Source: Azolla caroliniana
Lineage: Eukaryota > Plantae > Polypodiophyta
NCBI GenBank assembly: GCA_043228905.1
Contig: JBHGNT010000006.1
Coordinates: 1,488,001-1,552,000, forward strand
DNA: 64,000 nt
Reading direction: 5' to 3'
Below the pieces are notes generated by a model. It saw only the letters and a list, made by a program, of their open reading frames with translations. It was not told the DNA's origin and made no database searches. The position numbers and the translations under genes are program-made. Each line of letters opens with the position of its first letter. Positions within the stretch are counted from its first letter, which is position 1. Below, in pieces: positions 63,825-64,000 of this stretch.

Positions 63825-63975
63825 GATAGCCCTCCTGTCCCCCACCTTAGCCAAGTCTAGGTGGCCCTTAGTCCACAAGAGCGATTGATCTCTATCCGCC
63901 TATAGCCCTCCTGTCCCCCACCTCAGCCAAGTCCAGGTGGCCCTTATTCCATAGGAGGAATTGATCTTTCTTTGC
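63825..63975. repeat. Tandem ~75-bp duplication (possibly start of an LTR at the window edge)
   Basis: ATAGCCCTCCTGTCCCCCACCT.AGCCAAGTC.AGGTGGCCCTTA occurs twice. Confidence 0.6.
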
Positions 63976-64000
63976 CAATTGATCTTTCCCCGAGCCCCCT

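Overview
Eukaryotic land-plant nuclear DNA. It is AT-rich, has spliceosomal introns, and its TE complement (Tcn1-like chromovirus) suggests a non-seed plant such as a fern, which is an inference. (1) 3.2-10.1 kb: two convergent MIR319 microRNA genes (hairpins 3890-4128 + and 9106-9350 -), each with a candidate TATA box. (2) 11-19 kb: decayed TE debris and local tandem duplications. (3) 19.2-40.3 kb: a deeply nested retrotransposon cluster inside a decayed LINE 3' end. Old minus-strand Copia A (19921-39916) hosts CCGG-rich Copia B/B'. B in turn holds a young three-LTR Copia C (25040-31306, TSD AACTA, open 1357-aa polyprotein with a D->Y change at the first integrase catalytic residue) and a chromodomain Gypsy D, whose LTR carries a tRNA-like A/B-box cassette and a perfect heat-shock element. 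Fragments of Copia E and an inverted B-family LTR F complete the nest. (4) 46.5-52.6 kb: multi-exon RGP1/LOT-like gene (-). (5) 53-58 kb: decayed L1 LINE and a Pack-MULE carrying a PB1-domain gene fragment. (6) 59.2-60.7 kb: single-exon F-box/kelch gene with an acidic repeat N-terminus. Two related hAT MITEs lie at 19.5 and 62.2 kb. All calls come from reading the sequence by eye; no database searches were run.
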